A stretch of DNA of 64,000 nt from Candidatus Zixiibacteriota bacterium (GTDB taxonomy: Bacteria; Zixibacteria; MSB-5A5; GN15; JACZUZ01): positions 334,835-398,834 of the forward strand of contig JAJRPM010000015.1 in assembly GCA_024280775.1 (NCBI GenBank). The letters run 5' to 3'. A model generated the notes under the pieces. The model saw only the letters and a list, made by a program, of their open reading frames with translations, did no database searches and was not told the origin of the DNA. Within the stretch, counting starts at the first letter, position 1; each line of letters starts with the position of its first letter. The translations under genes were made by a program, and so were the position numbers. Below are positions 37,370-46,650 of this stretch, piece after piece.

Positions 37370-38941
37370 ATGCTGAGTATGAACAAGCTAGATCACATTC
37401 CGGATAATCAGGAAGAGCCAAAGAGCTTTCCGCTGCCAGATATTTCACCAAGCTGTAGTCATTTGGTGGTTGTCGATGATGAACCGTACCTGTGTAGTGT
37501 CATAAGCGAGTTTCTCGCCAGCCTGCAAGGGATTGAGGTCACCAGCTTTACTGACCCGACCCGGGCCGCCGAACATATCAGAACTCATGACACCGACATG
37601 GTAATCACAGACTTGGTTATTGGAGAGACCTCGGGCGTGGACATTCTTGAAACTACACTGGCTTCCCATCCTGACGCTATAGTAGTCCTGATGACTGCCT
37701 ACCCCACGGTAAAGACTGCGATTGCCGTCCTGCAAAAAGGCGGCTATGACTATTTGGTCAAACCCTTCAAGCTCGAGAGACTAAAGACAGTTGTGACACG
37801 TGGCTTGGAAACGCTCAATGTACGCAGAGAGAACATTCGTCTCAAAGATGAGATCGGACTCTTGAAAGTCTCCTCGGCTCTGCTTTCTGATAGTGGTATC
37901 TCCGATACACTAAACCATGTAAAAGACGCCGCCCTGCGAGACCTTGGAGCCTTAGCTGTCGGACTGACTTTGAAGACAGATAGTCAGCGCATTGATTCTC
38001 TAAGTTCATTTCAATACGGTACCAATAATCCAACTCTAACAGCAGATTTGAATATACGTGAATTCCTGGCAAACAAACCCGCAAACATTCCGGTAGAGAA
38101 ACAATTCAAACGTGTGGTTCGCACCAAAACTATCTCCGGAGCTAGAAGAACCGAAGCGAGCTTTCCGTTGCATGCCGGGCGAAATTTATATGGCTGGTTA
38201 AATATCCTCTTCAATAGAGTTTGCCGTGACTCTGATTTGCGCTTTCTGGAATTGCTAAGCTCCAGCGCATCGTCGGCGATTCGTCAGACGCTACTTAGCG
38301 AGCGGCTAAACGAATCAAACCTCAATGCTCTGCGCGCATTGGCCAACGCCATTGAAGCCCGCGACAGATATACCGGCGGACACACCGATAGAGTTTGCGA
38401 GATGGCGGTGCTAATAGCGCGAGAAATTGGCTGGAGCGAAGAAAAGATTCTCGAATTGAGACAGGGCTGTACCCTGCATGATATCGGAAAAATCGGGGTT
38501 CCTGATGCTATCCTCAATAAGAATGGCCCACTCGATGACTACGAACGCAATATCATGCAAAAACATCCTGAAATGGGAGTGCGCATTATCGAAGGCATTG
38601 ATTTCCTGAAAACCGCCTCGCCGTACATCTTGTTCCACCATGAGCGCTACGACGGACACGGTTATCCTATGGGATTAGCTGGTGAAGAAATACCAATCGA
38701 AGGGCGCATGCTTGCAGTAGTCGACACATTCGATGCAATCGTATCAGACAGACCGTACCGACGCGGCGCAGACCCTTCACGCGCTATTCGCGAAATCGAG
38801 GAACACAGCGGCACACAATTCGATCCTGATCTCGCGCGCGTTTTCTTACGTATCTTCCGTGAGAATCCAGATGAAGTTCTCAAGCTCTATCAGGATAAAA
38901 GGGCTGGCCTGCGAGTGCACGATATCATCAACGAATTTTAA
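37370..38941 (+). CDS. response regulator with GAF-like and HD-GYP domains (c-di-GMP phosphodiesterase type)
   Basis: 523 aa. REC (VVVDDEP..., MVITDLV, KPF), a middle GAF-like region, HD-GYP motifs HDIGKIGVPD and HHERYDGHGYP. Confidence 0.85.
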   Translation: MLSMNKLDHIPDNQEEPKSFPLPDISPSCSHLVVVDDEPYLCSVISEFLASLQGIEVTSFTDPTRAAEHIRTHDTDMVITDLVIGETSGVDILETTLASHPDAIVVLMTAYPTVKTAIAVLQKGGYDYLVKPFKLERLKTVVTRGLETLNVRRENIRLKDEIGLLKVSSALLSDSGISDTLNHVKDAALRDLGALAVGLTLKTDSQRIDSLSSFQYGTNNPTLTADLNIREFLANKPANIPVEKQFKRVVRTKTISGARRTEASFPLHAGRNLYGWLNILFNRVCRDSDLRFLELLSSSASSAIRQTLLSERLNESNLNALRALANAIEARDRYTGGHTDRVCEMAVLIAREIGWSEEKILELRQGCTLHDIGKIGVPDAILNKNGPLDDYERNIMQKHPEMGVRIIEGIDFLKTASPYILFHHERYDGHGYPMGLAGEEIPIEGRMLAVVDTFDAIVSDRPYRRGADPSRAIREIEEHSGTQFDPDLARVFLRIFRENPDEVLKLYQDKRAGLRVHDIINEF

Positions 38942-38968
38942 CTCAGTACAACTACTAACTGCCTAATA

Positions 38969-40366
38969 CTATTGTACGGCGCCTGCTTTGGCGCCCTGCA
39001 TCTGACTCTGTATATAACTCGCCTTTACATAGGCGATGTGTTTATTCCCCAGAGACTTCAGTATTGTGCCACCAGCTGTGAAACAATGGGTGACATCACC
39101 AAGAGAGCCATAACGCAATAGCGCCATCCTGCCCTCCCCGCCTCCTACATAGGTTCGCGCTCCAGACTTGGTAGCCTTCTTTAGTTGCTCAATGAAATCC
39201 TTTGTGCCACCAGCAAATTGCTCGTCTTCAAACTTTCCAAAAACACCATTATAGAAAAGTGTCGCTGAGCTCACTGAGCTTGAGAACTCCGCGAGTTTCT
39301 CAGCAAAGAGCTTGCGTGACTCCGGCCCAATATCCATTTGTGACTTCCCTGATGGAATCTCAGCGCTGATTGAGCCATCACTGAGAACAAAATCCACTGG
39401 CAGAACAACCTCAATTCCCTGCTCTTTACAGGTCTTCAGCATTGCCTTGGCCTGCTCGATACGCTTTGGCTCAATGTAAAATTTCGCCCCGCTGTCTTCT
39501 TCGGCTAATCCCAGTGAAAAGTCAGCGCCGGCAAGTTGCGCCTGGGCTTTCTTCAAGGCCATCGCCAGCGAACCGGCCGAGATTATCATCTTTAACTTAC
39601 CGCGCTCAATGACCTTTTCTAAATCGTTGAGCTTGTCGATTTTCAGACCACTGAAAACCACCAATTGCGACTCACGCGCGCCCTTTATGTGCTCGCTCAT
39701 CTCTTCATGGAGATAGAAACCATATGCGACACTATCCATCACTAGTGGCAATACAGCCGAGGAAAAATCAAAATTTGATGCCGCCAAAGCCTCATTCACA
39801 AAAACTGTCGCTACATGTTCACGGATTTCCGCCGCCAGTTTATATAAACCATCGACGACACTCTCGAATTCGTCGGGAGACAGTTTCCACATTGTCCGCT
39901 CTACATCGTATTTGCGAGTATTCTCCAACATCACCACCTGACCGGCTGAGTATTTCGCTACATTGTCTCGAAAACAATCCATCAAACCTGAGCCATCCTC
40001 ACGAATCCAATCCGGAACAAAATCGATTTCGCCCCCAAGCAGTTCGCCAAGAGCGCCGGCAACTGGTTTGAGCGAATTCTTGGGATCACGGCCCAAATGC
40101 CCAAATAGAATCGGAGTCCAGTTTTGCTCAATAGCATATTTCACTGAATGAGCAATCGCTTCAAGTCGTGACGGATCAGCAACAGCGCCATCTTTCAACG
40201 GCACATCCAAATCGCAACGCATCATCACTCTGGTTCCGGCGGGCAATTGTAGCTTGTCTATGCGCGGTATCGGAGCGAGAATATCTTCTAACGGCAAAGA
40301 ATTGAGTTCTAGTTCTTGTGAGTAGATACGATTCAAAGCGCTGGCAAAATCATTTCTGTTAATCAT
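38969..40366 (-). CDS. divergent phosphoglycerate-kinase-fold protein
   Basis: 465 aa. PGK-like RCDLDVP, GHLGRDP, MLENTRKY, MDIGPES, YNGVFGKFE, GGGEG. The canonical DAFGTAHRAHAS block reads NEALAASNFDFSS. Confidence 0.7.
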   Translation of the reverse strand: MINRNDFASALNRIYSQELELNSLPLEDILAPIPRIDKLQLPAGTRVMMRCDLDVPLKDGAVADPSRLEAIAHSVKYAIEQNWTPILFGHLGRDPKNSLKPVAGALGELLGGEIDFVPDWIREDGSGLMDCFRDNVAKYSAGQVVMLENTRKYDVERTMWKLSPDEFESVVDGLYKLAAEIREHVATVFVNEALAASNFDFSSAVLPLVMDSVAYGFYLHEEMSEHIKGARESQLVVFSGLKIDKLNDLEKVIERGKLKMIISAGSLAMALKKAQAQLAGADFSLGLAEEDSGAKFYIEPKRIEQAKAMLKTCKEQGIEVVLPVDFVLSDGSISAEIPSGKSQMDIGPESRKLFAEKLAEFSSSVSSATLFYNGVFGKFEDEQFAGGTKDFIEQLKKATKSGARTYVGGGEGRMALLRYGSLGDVTHCFTAGGTILKSLGNKHIAYVKASYIQSQMQGAKAGAVQ

Positions 40367-40542
40367 CTGAGAAGCCTTTCCTCATACCGACGCAATATAG
40401 CGCCGCGGTCATGGTTATTGCATATGGTCATCTTAGGCCTCCGAGTGTGAAATCTAACCGGACGCATATAACGAAGATGAAAATGTCTATCTTCTGTGTC
40501 AAGCGCTATCAACTTATCTTTTGATTGATTAGATTGTCTTTC

Positions 40543-41217
40543 ATGAGCCAGAACCCCGCCAAAAGATACGCCATTTTCCTCAATGGTGAATACCCTCCAA
40601 AGGAGAACTCTTTCTACTTCAATCTTGTCAAAGAAGTCGATTGCTCAATAGCTGTGGACGGCGGGATAGCGCTCTTCGAGCGCCTGGGAGCTTCGCCTGA
40701 TATCATCCTGGCGGATTTCGACTCCAGTCCAAAGCCAGAACTAGACTCTAAGATTGAAATTGTCGCACTTGACTCAGATAAGGATAAAACCGACGGCCAA
40801 TTGGCTTTGGAATTGGTCTTAGAACGCGGCGCTGTGGAAATCGCTATTTGTGGGTATCGTGGCGGCCCGGCGACTGACCAGATTCTCGGCAACCTATTGC
40901 TATTGCAAATGGCCTCCGACTTGAAACCTGCTACCAGGGTCTATTGCGAGAGTAGGTATGAGAAAGTTTGGTTTATCAAGGACAACTCAATCGAATTGCA
41001 GGGCGAGAAAGACGAGAATCTCAGTATTGTCCCGCTTGATGAGGAGATTCTATTAAGCGTGATGGGTGTTCGATACGCCGTTGATGAGTTAAGAATCAAG
41101 CGAGGCGACACACGAAGTCTTAGTAATACATTTCAGGCGCCAGTTTGCCGGGTAGCCGTCAGCGGCTCGGCGCTGGTATTCCAACGCCAAAAACTACACC
41201 GCAAAACTGAGATTTGA
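40543..41217 (+). CDS. thiamine pyrophosphokinase
   Basis: ATG at 40543 (the track ORF starts at TTG 40525). AVDGGIALF, ILADFDS, DKDKTDGQLAL motifs. Confidence 0.75.
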   Translation: MSQNPAKRYAIFLNGEYPPKENSFYFNLVKEVDCSIAVDGGIALFERLGASPDIILADFDSSPKPELDSKIEIVALDSDKDKTDGQLALELVLERGAVEIAICGYRGGPATDQILGNLLLLQMASDLKPATRVYCESRYEKVWFIKDNSIELQGEKDENLSIVPLDEEILLSVMGVRYAVDELRIKRGDTRSLSNTFQAPVCRVAVSGSALVFQRQKLHRKTEI

Positions 41218-41296
41218 CATTAACTCTAAAAAACCTATAATAGCGCCTGACTGATTGGACTAAACAGGTTCAGTCAGTCATCCCCAATTTATCCAA

Positions 41297-41367
41297 TGGC
41301 GGGTCGTCTAATGGCAGGACTGAGGATTCTGGTTCCTCCAATCGGGGTTCGACTCCCTGCTCGCCAG
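41297..41367 (+). tRNA. tRNA-Gln (anticodon CTG)
   Basis: Hand-folded cloverleaf. Acceptor TGGCGGG/CTCGCCA, D arm GTCT-AATGGCA-GGAC, anticodon arm GAGGA-TTCTGGT-TCCTC, T arm CGGGG-TTCGACT-CCCTG, discriminator G. U1:A72 is typical of bacterial tRNA-Gln. CCA is not encoded. Confidence 0.9.
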
Positions 41368-41373
41368 ATGGGG

Positions 41374-41393
41374 GGGGACATTGTCCCCTTTTT
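41374..41393 (+). terminator. rho-independent terminator after tRNA-Gln
   Basis: ggggac-att-gtcccc followed by ttttt. Confidence 0.65.
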
Positions 41394-41422
41394 AAAGGTT
41401 CTTGAGAAGATTCTAATTGAAT

Positions 41423-42862
41423 CTATTCTATTCCTAGCTCTTCCATTTTGCGATATAGCGACGAGAGTCCGATTCCAAGTAGATTTGCGGCGAGCTTTTT
41501 GTCATTGTCACAACTGGCAATGGTCTTGAGAATCATATCGCGCTCAAATGTCCGGCGTGCGTCGCGCAAATTCCCAGCCACTGACTCAGCCCCTCCACCG
41601 GCCTCAATAACATGCTCCGGCAAATCTGACAACTCTACCCTATCGCTTTTTGAGAGAATAACTGAGCGCTCTACAATGTTTCTTAGTTCCCGAACATTAC
41701 CCGGCCAGCTATAGCCTGAGAGCGCCGTGACAGCCTCCGGCGAAAAATCGTTGACTTGTGTCTCGCCACGCTCTTTAAGTCTATCAAGAAAATGTGCCAA
41801 AAGTTCCGGAATATCACCGCGACGATCTCTTAGTGGTGGCGCATCAATTTCAATTACCGCTATTCGATAGTACAAATCAGAGCGAAACGAGCCCTCTTCC
41901 ACCGCCTTCTCCAGCGGTCGACCAGTTGCCGCTATTACACGGGCGTTGAGCAAAACCGGCGTTCCACCGCCAACAGGAAAAACCTCTCGTGATTCAAGAG
42001 CTCGCAAAAGCTTCGCCTGCATCGCTAGGGGCAAGTCCGCTATTTCATCCAGCAACAATGTCCCATCCTGGGCAAGCTCAAAGAAACCTTTTTTATCGCT
42101 TATCGCTCCGGTGAATGCGCCTTTGACATGACCGAAAAACTCTGACTCAAGTAATTGCTCCGGCACCGCCGCGCAGTTGACGGCGATAAACGGGCCATCC
42201 CGGCGTTGAGATTCAAAATGCAAAGCGCGGGCTATTAACTCTTTTCCCGAACCGCTTTCACCTTGTATTACCGCCATAGTTCCAGCTCCGGCGACCTGCA
42301 GTATTAGCTCTTTTAGAGATTCAATTTGCGGACTGGCGCCGATAATTGCTGAAACGCCATCGGTGGATTGTGAGTTCTCGAGCTGTGAGCGCTTGATATG
42401 CGATTCTATCTTGTTGCGAATATCCTCGAAAATCACAGGTTTTAGCACATAATCGACCGCACCGGATCGAATCGCCTCGACCGCCATTTCCACGGTGCCA
42501 TATGCGGTAAAGACAAACACCGAAATCTCCGGGTGAGTTTTGCGAAGATTCTTAAGCAAGTCGATACCGGACATACGAGGCATGCGCACATCAGTCAAAA
42601 CAATTGAGACTGGGCTTTTTGAGGAGTTCACTCCTTTCGCGGAGCTATTGTTCTTAAGAGAGGCGCTATCCTTGGTAATCGTGTCAATCGCCTCGACACC
42701 ATCGCTGGCCGTCAAAGTTCGATAGCCAACTGAACTCAAATACTTCGCCAATGGCTCTCGCAAATCCCGCTCGTCATCTACAATTAGTAAAGTGGGGGTG
42801 GCGCTGTTCTTAGTGGCGCTATTCTTAGTGGGGCTGTTGTTGGCTGTGATCCTGTCGTTCAT
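41423..42862 (-). CDS. sigma54-dependent response regulator (NtrC family)
   Basis: 479 aa. REC (LLIVDDERD, LTDVRMP), AAA+ Walker A GESGSGKE, GAFTGA loop, Walker B LLLDEIADL, C-terminal Fis-type HTH. Low-complexity insert in REC. Confidence 0.9.
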   Translation of the reverse strand: MNDRITANNSPTKNSATKNSATPTLLIVDDERDLREPLAKYLSSVGYRTLTASDGVEAIDTITKDSASLKNNSSAKGVNSSKSPVSIVLTDVRMPRMSGIDLLKNLRKTHPEISVFVFTAYGTVEMAVEAIRSGAVDYVLKPVIFEDIRNKIESHIKRSQLENSQSTDGVSAIIGASPQIESLKELILQVAGAGTMAVIQGESGSGKELIARALHFESQRRDGPFIAVNCAAVPEQLLESEFFGHVKGAFTGAISDKKGFFELAQDGTLLLDEIADLPLAMQAKLLRALESREVFPVGGGTPVLLNARVIAATGRPLEKAVEEGSFRSDLYYRIAVIEIDAPPLRDRRGDIPELLAHFLDRLKERGETQVNDFSPEAVTALSGYSWPGNVRELRNIVERSVILSKSDRVELSDLPEHVIEAGGGAESVAGNLRDARRTFERDMILKTIASCDNDKKLAANLLGIGLSSLYRKMEELGIE

Positions 42863-44805
42863 GACAACTCCGAATTGTTGAGGGTAATAGTGAATGTTGT
42901 CCCGATGCCCTGCTTGCTCTCAACGCTCAGGCTACCGCCCATTTGGGTTATTATCCGATGGGTAATAAACATCCCGAGTCCTGTACCTTTCCCTTCCGTT
43001 TTTGTTGTGTAGAAGGGTTCAAAAATCTGACGCTGTGTTTCTTCCGACATTCCACTACCATTGTCTGAAATTCTGATAGTTGTTTCGGAAACTGTTTGAC
43101 TTTCTGTGACATTGATAAGCGCCATTTCCTTATCAGCCGTCGCATCCAGCGCATTCATCATAATATTTAGCAATGACTGCATCAATTGATCGCGAGGGAC
43201 TTTTAGCTCAAGTTCGTCATCGGGAAAGTTGTGAATGAATTCAACATTCTTGGCGCGATGATCATAGCTTGCAATCTCCTCGGCATCAGCAATGATTGAG
43301 CTGATGCGAGTCACAATAATATCTTCCGATGGTCGTCTAGCCAAGTCGGAAAGTCCGCGCACGATACGACTTATTCTTTCGATATGGTAGCTTATCAAAT
43401 CTAGATTGTGGCCGGCGGTTTCGGGATTCGGGTTGGTTCGCATCAATTGCGCAACCGAGGAAATTGCAGAGAGAGGATTGCCCACTTCATGCGCCACTCC
43501 GGCGGCAAGCTGACCGATTGACGCCAGCCGTTCGTGCCGTTGCAAATTCGCCTCAACCTTCTTCTTGATAGTCGCATCTGAGAACATCACTAATAGCAGT
43601 GGCTCTTCACCTTTAGAGCTGATAACCCTCGCCTGGACTTCAAAAACTCTCTCGGCTCCATCGGGGCTTTGAATACTTTCAAGCGCCGAAACAATTTCAG
43701 AAGCGCCTACGTCATCCCGAGCCCGACGAGCAACATCGCCATCAACGATTCTTGCCAAGTCAGGAAAATCACGCACCTGAGCTCCAACAATCTCATTGAC
43801 TTTGATTCCCAGTTCATGTGTCACACGGTCATTGGCAAACTGCACCACACCTACCCCGGATAATCCCACAATCGCCTCGGGTGAATTGTCAAAAATCAGT
43901 TTGAGCTTTGCTTTTTCAGTGAGCAACTGTTTCTGCGACTGGCGTAGCGATAGAGTGCGTTCGGCCACCGCCTCCTCCAGGAGATCATAGTGCCATTGAA
44001 GATTTGCCGACATCTTGTCAATATGATCGTTGAGAACTCCGAGAACATCATCGCCGGGGATTGCCGACTGTGCGGTAAAATCTCCATCGGCGATGGCGGA
44101 CAATCGTACAGCAATATTTGATAAAGGTCGGTAAACTACTCGTTTTAGCCAGAAAAGGATTGCGGTGACCAGCACGACAAAGACAATGGCCAGTAGGACC
44201 ACCAACAAACTTCTGGTAGTGGCCATAGACTGATCAAGTTCATGTAATGAAAAATCCGCCACCAGATTACCGCGGGTTGGGGCGTCAGAATCGTGACATT
44301 CCTGGCAAACTTCCCGGTTTTCAATCGGTAAAGTAAAATGGTAGTAGCGCTCGCCATTAATTCCTTCGAAGATTCGCGTCTCTTGCGCCATTGCTGTAGT
44401 GTCAGCGTGGCAACTGGCGCATGCAGGATCATTCGCCAGGTCAAATTTTCGGCCCACCTCAGCGGTATCCTCGGAGAATGCAATCACCGTATCAGTTGAG
44501 AACACTCGGATATTGACCATCAATTTGTTGCGCGCTAATCCGGTAAGGTATCCTTCAACTCTGTCACGTTTCAACTCCGAAGGGTCTTCCATAATGCTCT
44601 CTATTATACCCTTCAAACTTGAGACTTCATGTTTCATCACAACTTCATTGCGATTCACATAAGCCTGGTCAATCACTAGTCCCATGCCAATTAGCAAAAC
44701 AACAAAGACCCCGGCGAGAGCCGCAGTAGTGCGCAGCAATAGACGCAACACTAACTTACGTTCAGTTGAGCTACGCGCGTCACGAGATTCTTGCTTTTGT
44801 TTCAT
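42859..44805 (-). CDS. sensor histidine kinase with dihaem c-type periplasmic sensor domain
   Basis: 648 aa. TM1 aa ~20-45 and TM2 aa ~199-220, bracketing CASCH (44407-44421) and CQECH (44293-44307). Then HAMP/PAS-like region, H-box GVAHEVGNPL, and an ATPase domain with DNGSGM and GTGLGM. 4-nt overlap with the regulator gene. Confidence 0.85.
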   Translation of the reverse strand: MKQKQESRDARSSTERKLVLRLLLRTTAALAGVFVVLLIGMGLVIDQAYVNRNEVVMKHEVSSLKGIIESIMEDPSELKRDRVEGYLTGLARNKLMVNIRVFSTDTVIAFSEDTAEVGRKFDLANDPACASCHADTTAMAQETRIFEGINGERYYHFTLPIENREVCQECHDSDAPTRGNLVADFSLHELDQSMATTRSLLVVLLAIVFVVLVTAILFWLKRVVYRPLSNIAVRLSAIADGDFTAQSAIPGDDVLGVLNDHIDKMSANLQWHYDLLEEAVAERTLSLRQSQKQLLTEKAKLKLIFDNSPEAIVGLSGVGVVQFANDRVTHELGIKVNEIVGAQVRDFPDLARIVDGDVARRARDDVGASEIVSALESIQSPDGAERVFEVQARVISSKGEEPLLLVMFSDATIKKKVEANLQRHERLASIGQLAAGVAHEVGNPLSAISSVAQLMRTNPNPETAGHNLDLISYHIERISRIVRGLSDLARRPSEDIIVTRISSIIADAEEIASYDHRAKNVEFIHNFPDDELELKVPRDQLMQSLLNIMMNALDATADKEMALINVTESQTVSETTIRISDNGSGMSEETQRQIFEPFYTTKTEGKGTGLGMFITHRIITQMGGSLSVESKQGIGTTFTITLNNSELS

Positions 44806-45228
44806 TCATCTACCCAATAGTCTCGCCTGCAAGCTCTGGAGTTTGTCGCGCTGTCGAAACTCCACACTTCCAGGCGTGAGTATGATAGCAATAAATCTTA
44901 CATATCAAAATCGTAACCTTTCTTGGAAACTCGTATCTTCTTTCCAGCTTTTCTACAACTTCTCCAAAGCTCTAGTACAAGCTCATGTGCAAATGTGATG
45001 GGTAAATCTCGCCGCGCATCAAATGTGGGCGCCACACAAAGATATTCATTGCTATTTTCCCATAAATAAGAAAAAATGTTGAAATGCGGGCTAAAGAGGG
45101 CCAATTCTGTCGAATATTGAATCGCGCTTTGTCCCAAATACTTTACAGAATTCTGAGCCCTAACTTATTGACTCTAATAGGATTAAGAAAATTGTTGCTA
45201 AAACCTCTGAAAAAGTCCACCTTTGGAG

Positions 45229-45257
45229 TTGACAATGGTATAAGTGTCGGATAAGTT
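45229..45257 (+). promoter_or_regulatory. sigma70-like promoter of the Rrf2 gene
   Basis: TTGACA (45229-45234), 17-nt spacer, TAAGTT (45252-45257). Confidence 0.5.
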
Positions 45258-45261
45258 GCCG

Positions 45262-45286
45262 ATAACAGAGTCGTAAACTCTGTTAT
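45262..45286. promoter_or_regulatory. perfect 10-5-10 palindrome, probable Rrf2 operator
   Basis: ataacagagt-cgtaa-actctgttat, starting 5 nt after the -10 element and ~50 nt before the ATG at 45339. Confidence 0.5.
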
Positions 45287-45338
45287 GCCGGATTTGCAAA
45301 ATGAAGACCATTTTGGATTACCGGCGGTAAGGGGACAA

Positions 45339-45809
45339 ATGATGATTTACTCGCAAGCGACAACCTACTCTCTCGAGGCCCTGGCCTACTTGGCTTCAGC
45401 GCCGAAGAACGCCACCATCAAGGTCAGGGATCTAGCTCGTACACTTTCCATCCCAGAATATTTCCTGGGAAAACTTCTGAGCCAATTGGTAAAGAAGAGT
45501 TTTGTAAAATCCTCCAAAGGACCAACAGGCGGATTCTCACTGGCTGTTGACCCGGGCAAAATCACTCTGTACCGCATTCTGGCAACTATAGACAGCTTGG
45601 CGATTCTGGAAGAGCATTGCGTGATGGGTCTCAAGAAATGTAGCGACACTGCACCCTGCGCTTTGCATGAATCCTGGTGCAGATTCAAGTCCGACGCAAT
45701 CAAGAGGGCTCAGGCTCTTACGCTTACAGAGCTTTCAAAGATTATTATTGCCAAATTGGACAGTGAGAAGCAAATTGAAGAAAAGGAAGAAATCCAGGAC
45801 AGCAGTTAG
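45339..45809 (+). CDS. Rrf2-family (IscR/NsrR-like) Fe-S transcriptional regulator
   Basis: ATG at 45339 is preceded by taagggga (the track ORF starts at 45285). The wHTH region has Rrf2 style, and a C-x6-C-x5-C cluster is present (CVMGLKKCSDTAPC). Confidence 0.8.
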   Translation: MMIYSQATTYSLEALAYLASAPKNATIKVRDLARTLSIPEYFLGKLLSQLVKKSFVKSSKGPTGGFSLAVDPGKITLYRILATIDSLAILEEHCVMGLKKCSDTAPCALHESWCRFKSDAIKRAQALTLTELSKIIIAKLDSEKQIEEKEEIQDSS

Positions 45810-45857
45810 TGATAGACTTCAATTAGTCATGGACTTCCATGGATGGATTTGGCAAGC

Positions 45858-45909
45858 GATGGTATCAAACGATGGTATCAAACGATGACGCCAAACGATG
45901 GTGTCAAAC
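45858..45909. repeat. four tandem 13-bp direct repeats upstream of the cytochrome operon
   Basis: gatggtatcaaac / gatggtatcaaac / gatgacgccaaac / gatggtgtcaaac, ending 90 nt before the ATG at 46000. Confidence 0.85.
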
Positions 45910-45999
45910 AAGGATTTGAGGTTCGACCTCGCAAAAGAAACAGTAATAGTAGATAATAATAGCAGGTAGCAATAACTATTAGCAGGAGAGGGCAATTTC

Positions 46000-46650
46000 A
46001 TGTCACAGACAACAGTAAATCACAAGTACCGTCGTATCGGCGCAATCGTCACAGTAGCTTCAATGCTAGTTGCTGGCGCTTTGCTAACCTCTATCCAGGC
46101 CGATGAGAAAGAGCACAATTTTGTAGGTGTCAAGAAATGCAAAACGTGCCACAACAAAGCAAAAACGGGCAATCAATACAAGATTTGGCTTGAGACTGGT
46201 CACGCCAAAGCTTTCGAGAGTCTCGCCTCCGAAGAAGGCATGAAAGCGGCAAAGGCGGCGGGCATTGAAGACCCGCAGAAGAGCGGCAAATGTCTAAAAT
46301 GCCACAGCACAGCCTATCATGGCAAGGAAACCATTGCTACCAACCTGGCAGTTAAGAAATCAACTGGCAAACCGTATCTGACAGTCGAAGAAGGCAACAG
46401 TTGCGAAACGTGCCACTTTGCCGGCTCTGACTATAAGAAGAAAAAAGTCATGAAAGATTATGACTTGGCCGTGAGCAAGGGATTGAATCCCGAGCCAAAG
46501 AAAATGTGTGTAACTTGCCACAATGACGAGAGCCCATTCTGGGATACAACACGCTACAAACTTGCAGACGGTAAGACTGCGGGCTTCGACTTTGATCAAG
46601 CCTGGGAAAAGATCAAACACATGCGACCCAAGAAAGAGGCCGCAAAATAG
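46000..46650 (+). CDS. membrane-anchored tetrahaem cytochrome c (c554-like)
   Basis: 216 aa. N-terminal hydrophobic anchor. CKTCH, CLKCH, CETCH, CVTCH. Confidence 0.85.
   Translation: MSQTTVNHKYRRIGAIVTVASMLVAGALLTSIQADEKEHNFVGVKKCKTCHNKAKTGNQYKIWLETGHAKAFESLASEEGMKAAKAAGIEDPQKSGKCLKCHSTAYHGKETIATNLAVKKSTGKPYLTVEEGNSCETCHFAGSDYKKKKVMKDYDLAVSKGLNPEPKKMCVTCHNDESPFWDTTRYKLADGKTAGFDFDQAWEKIKHMRPKKEAAK

Noticed and set aside
41296-41529. 77-aa ORF on the plus strand (41296..41529).
   Set aside because: It is read through the tRNA-Gln gene and its terminator, and it overlaps the 3' end of the sigma54 regulator gene.
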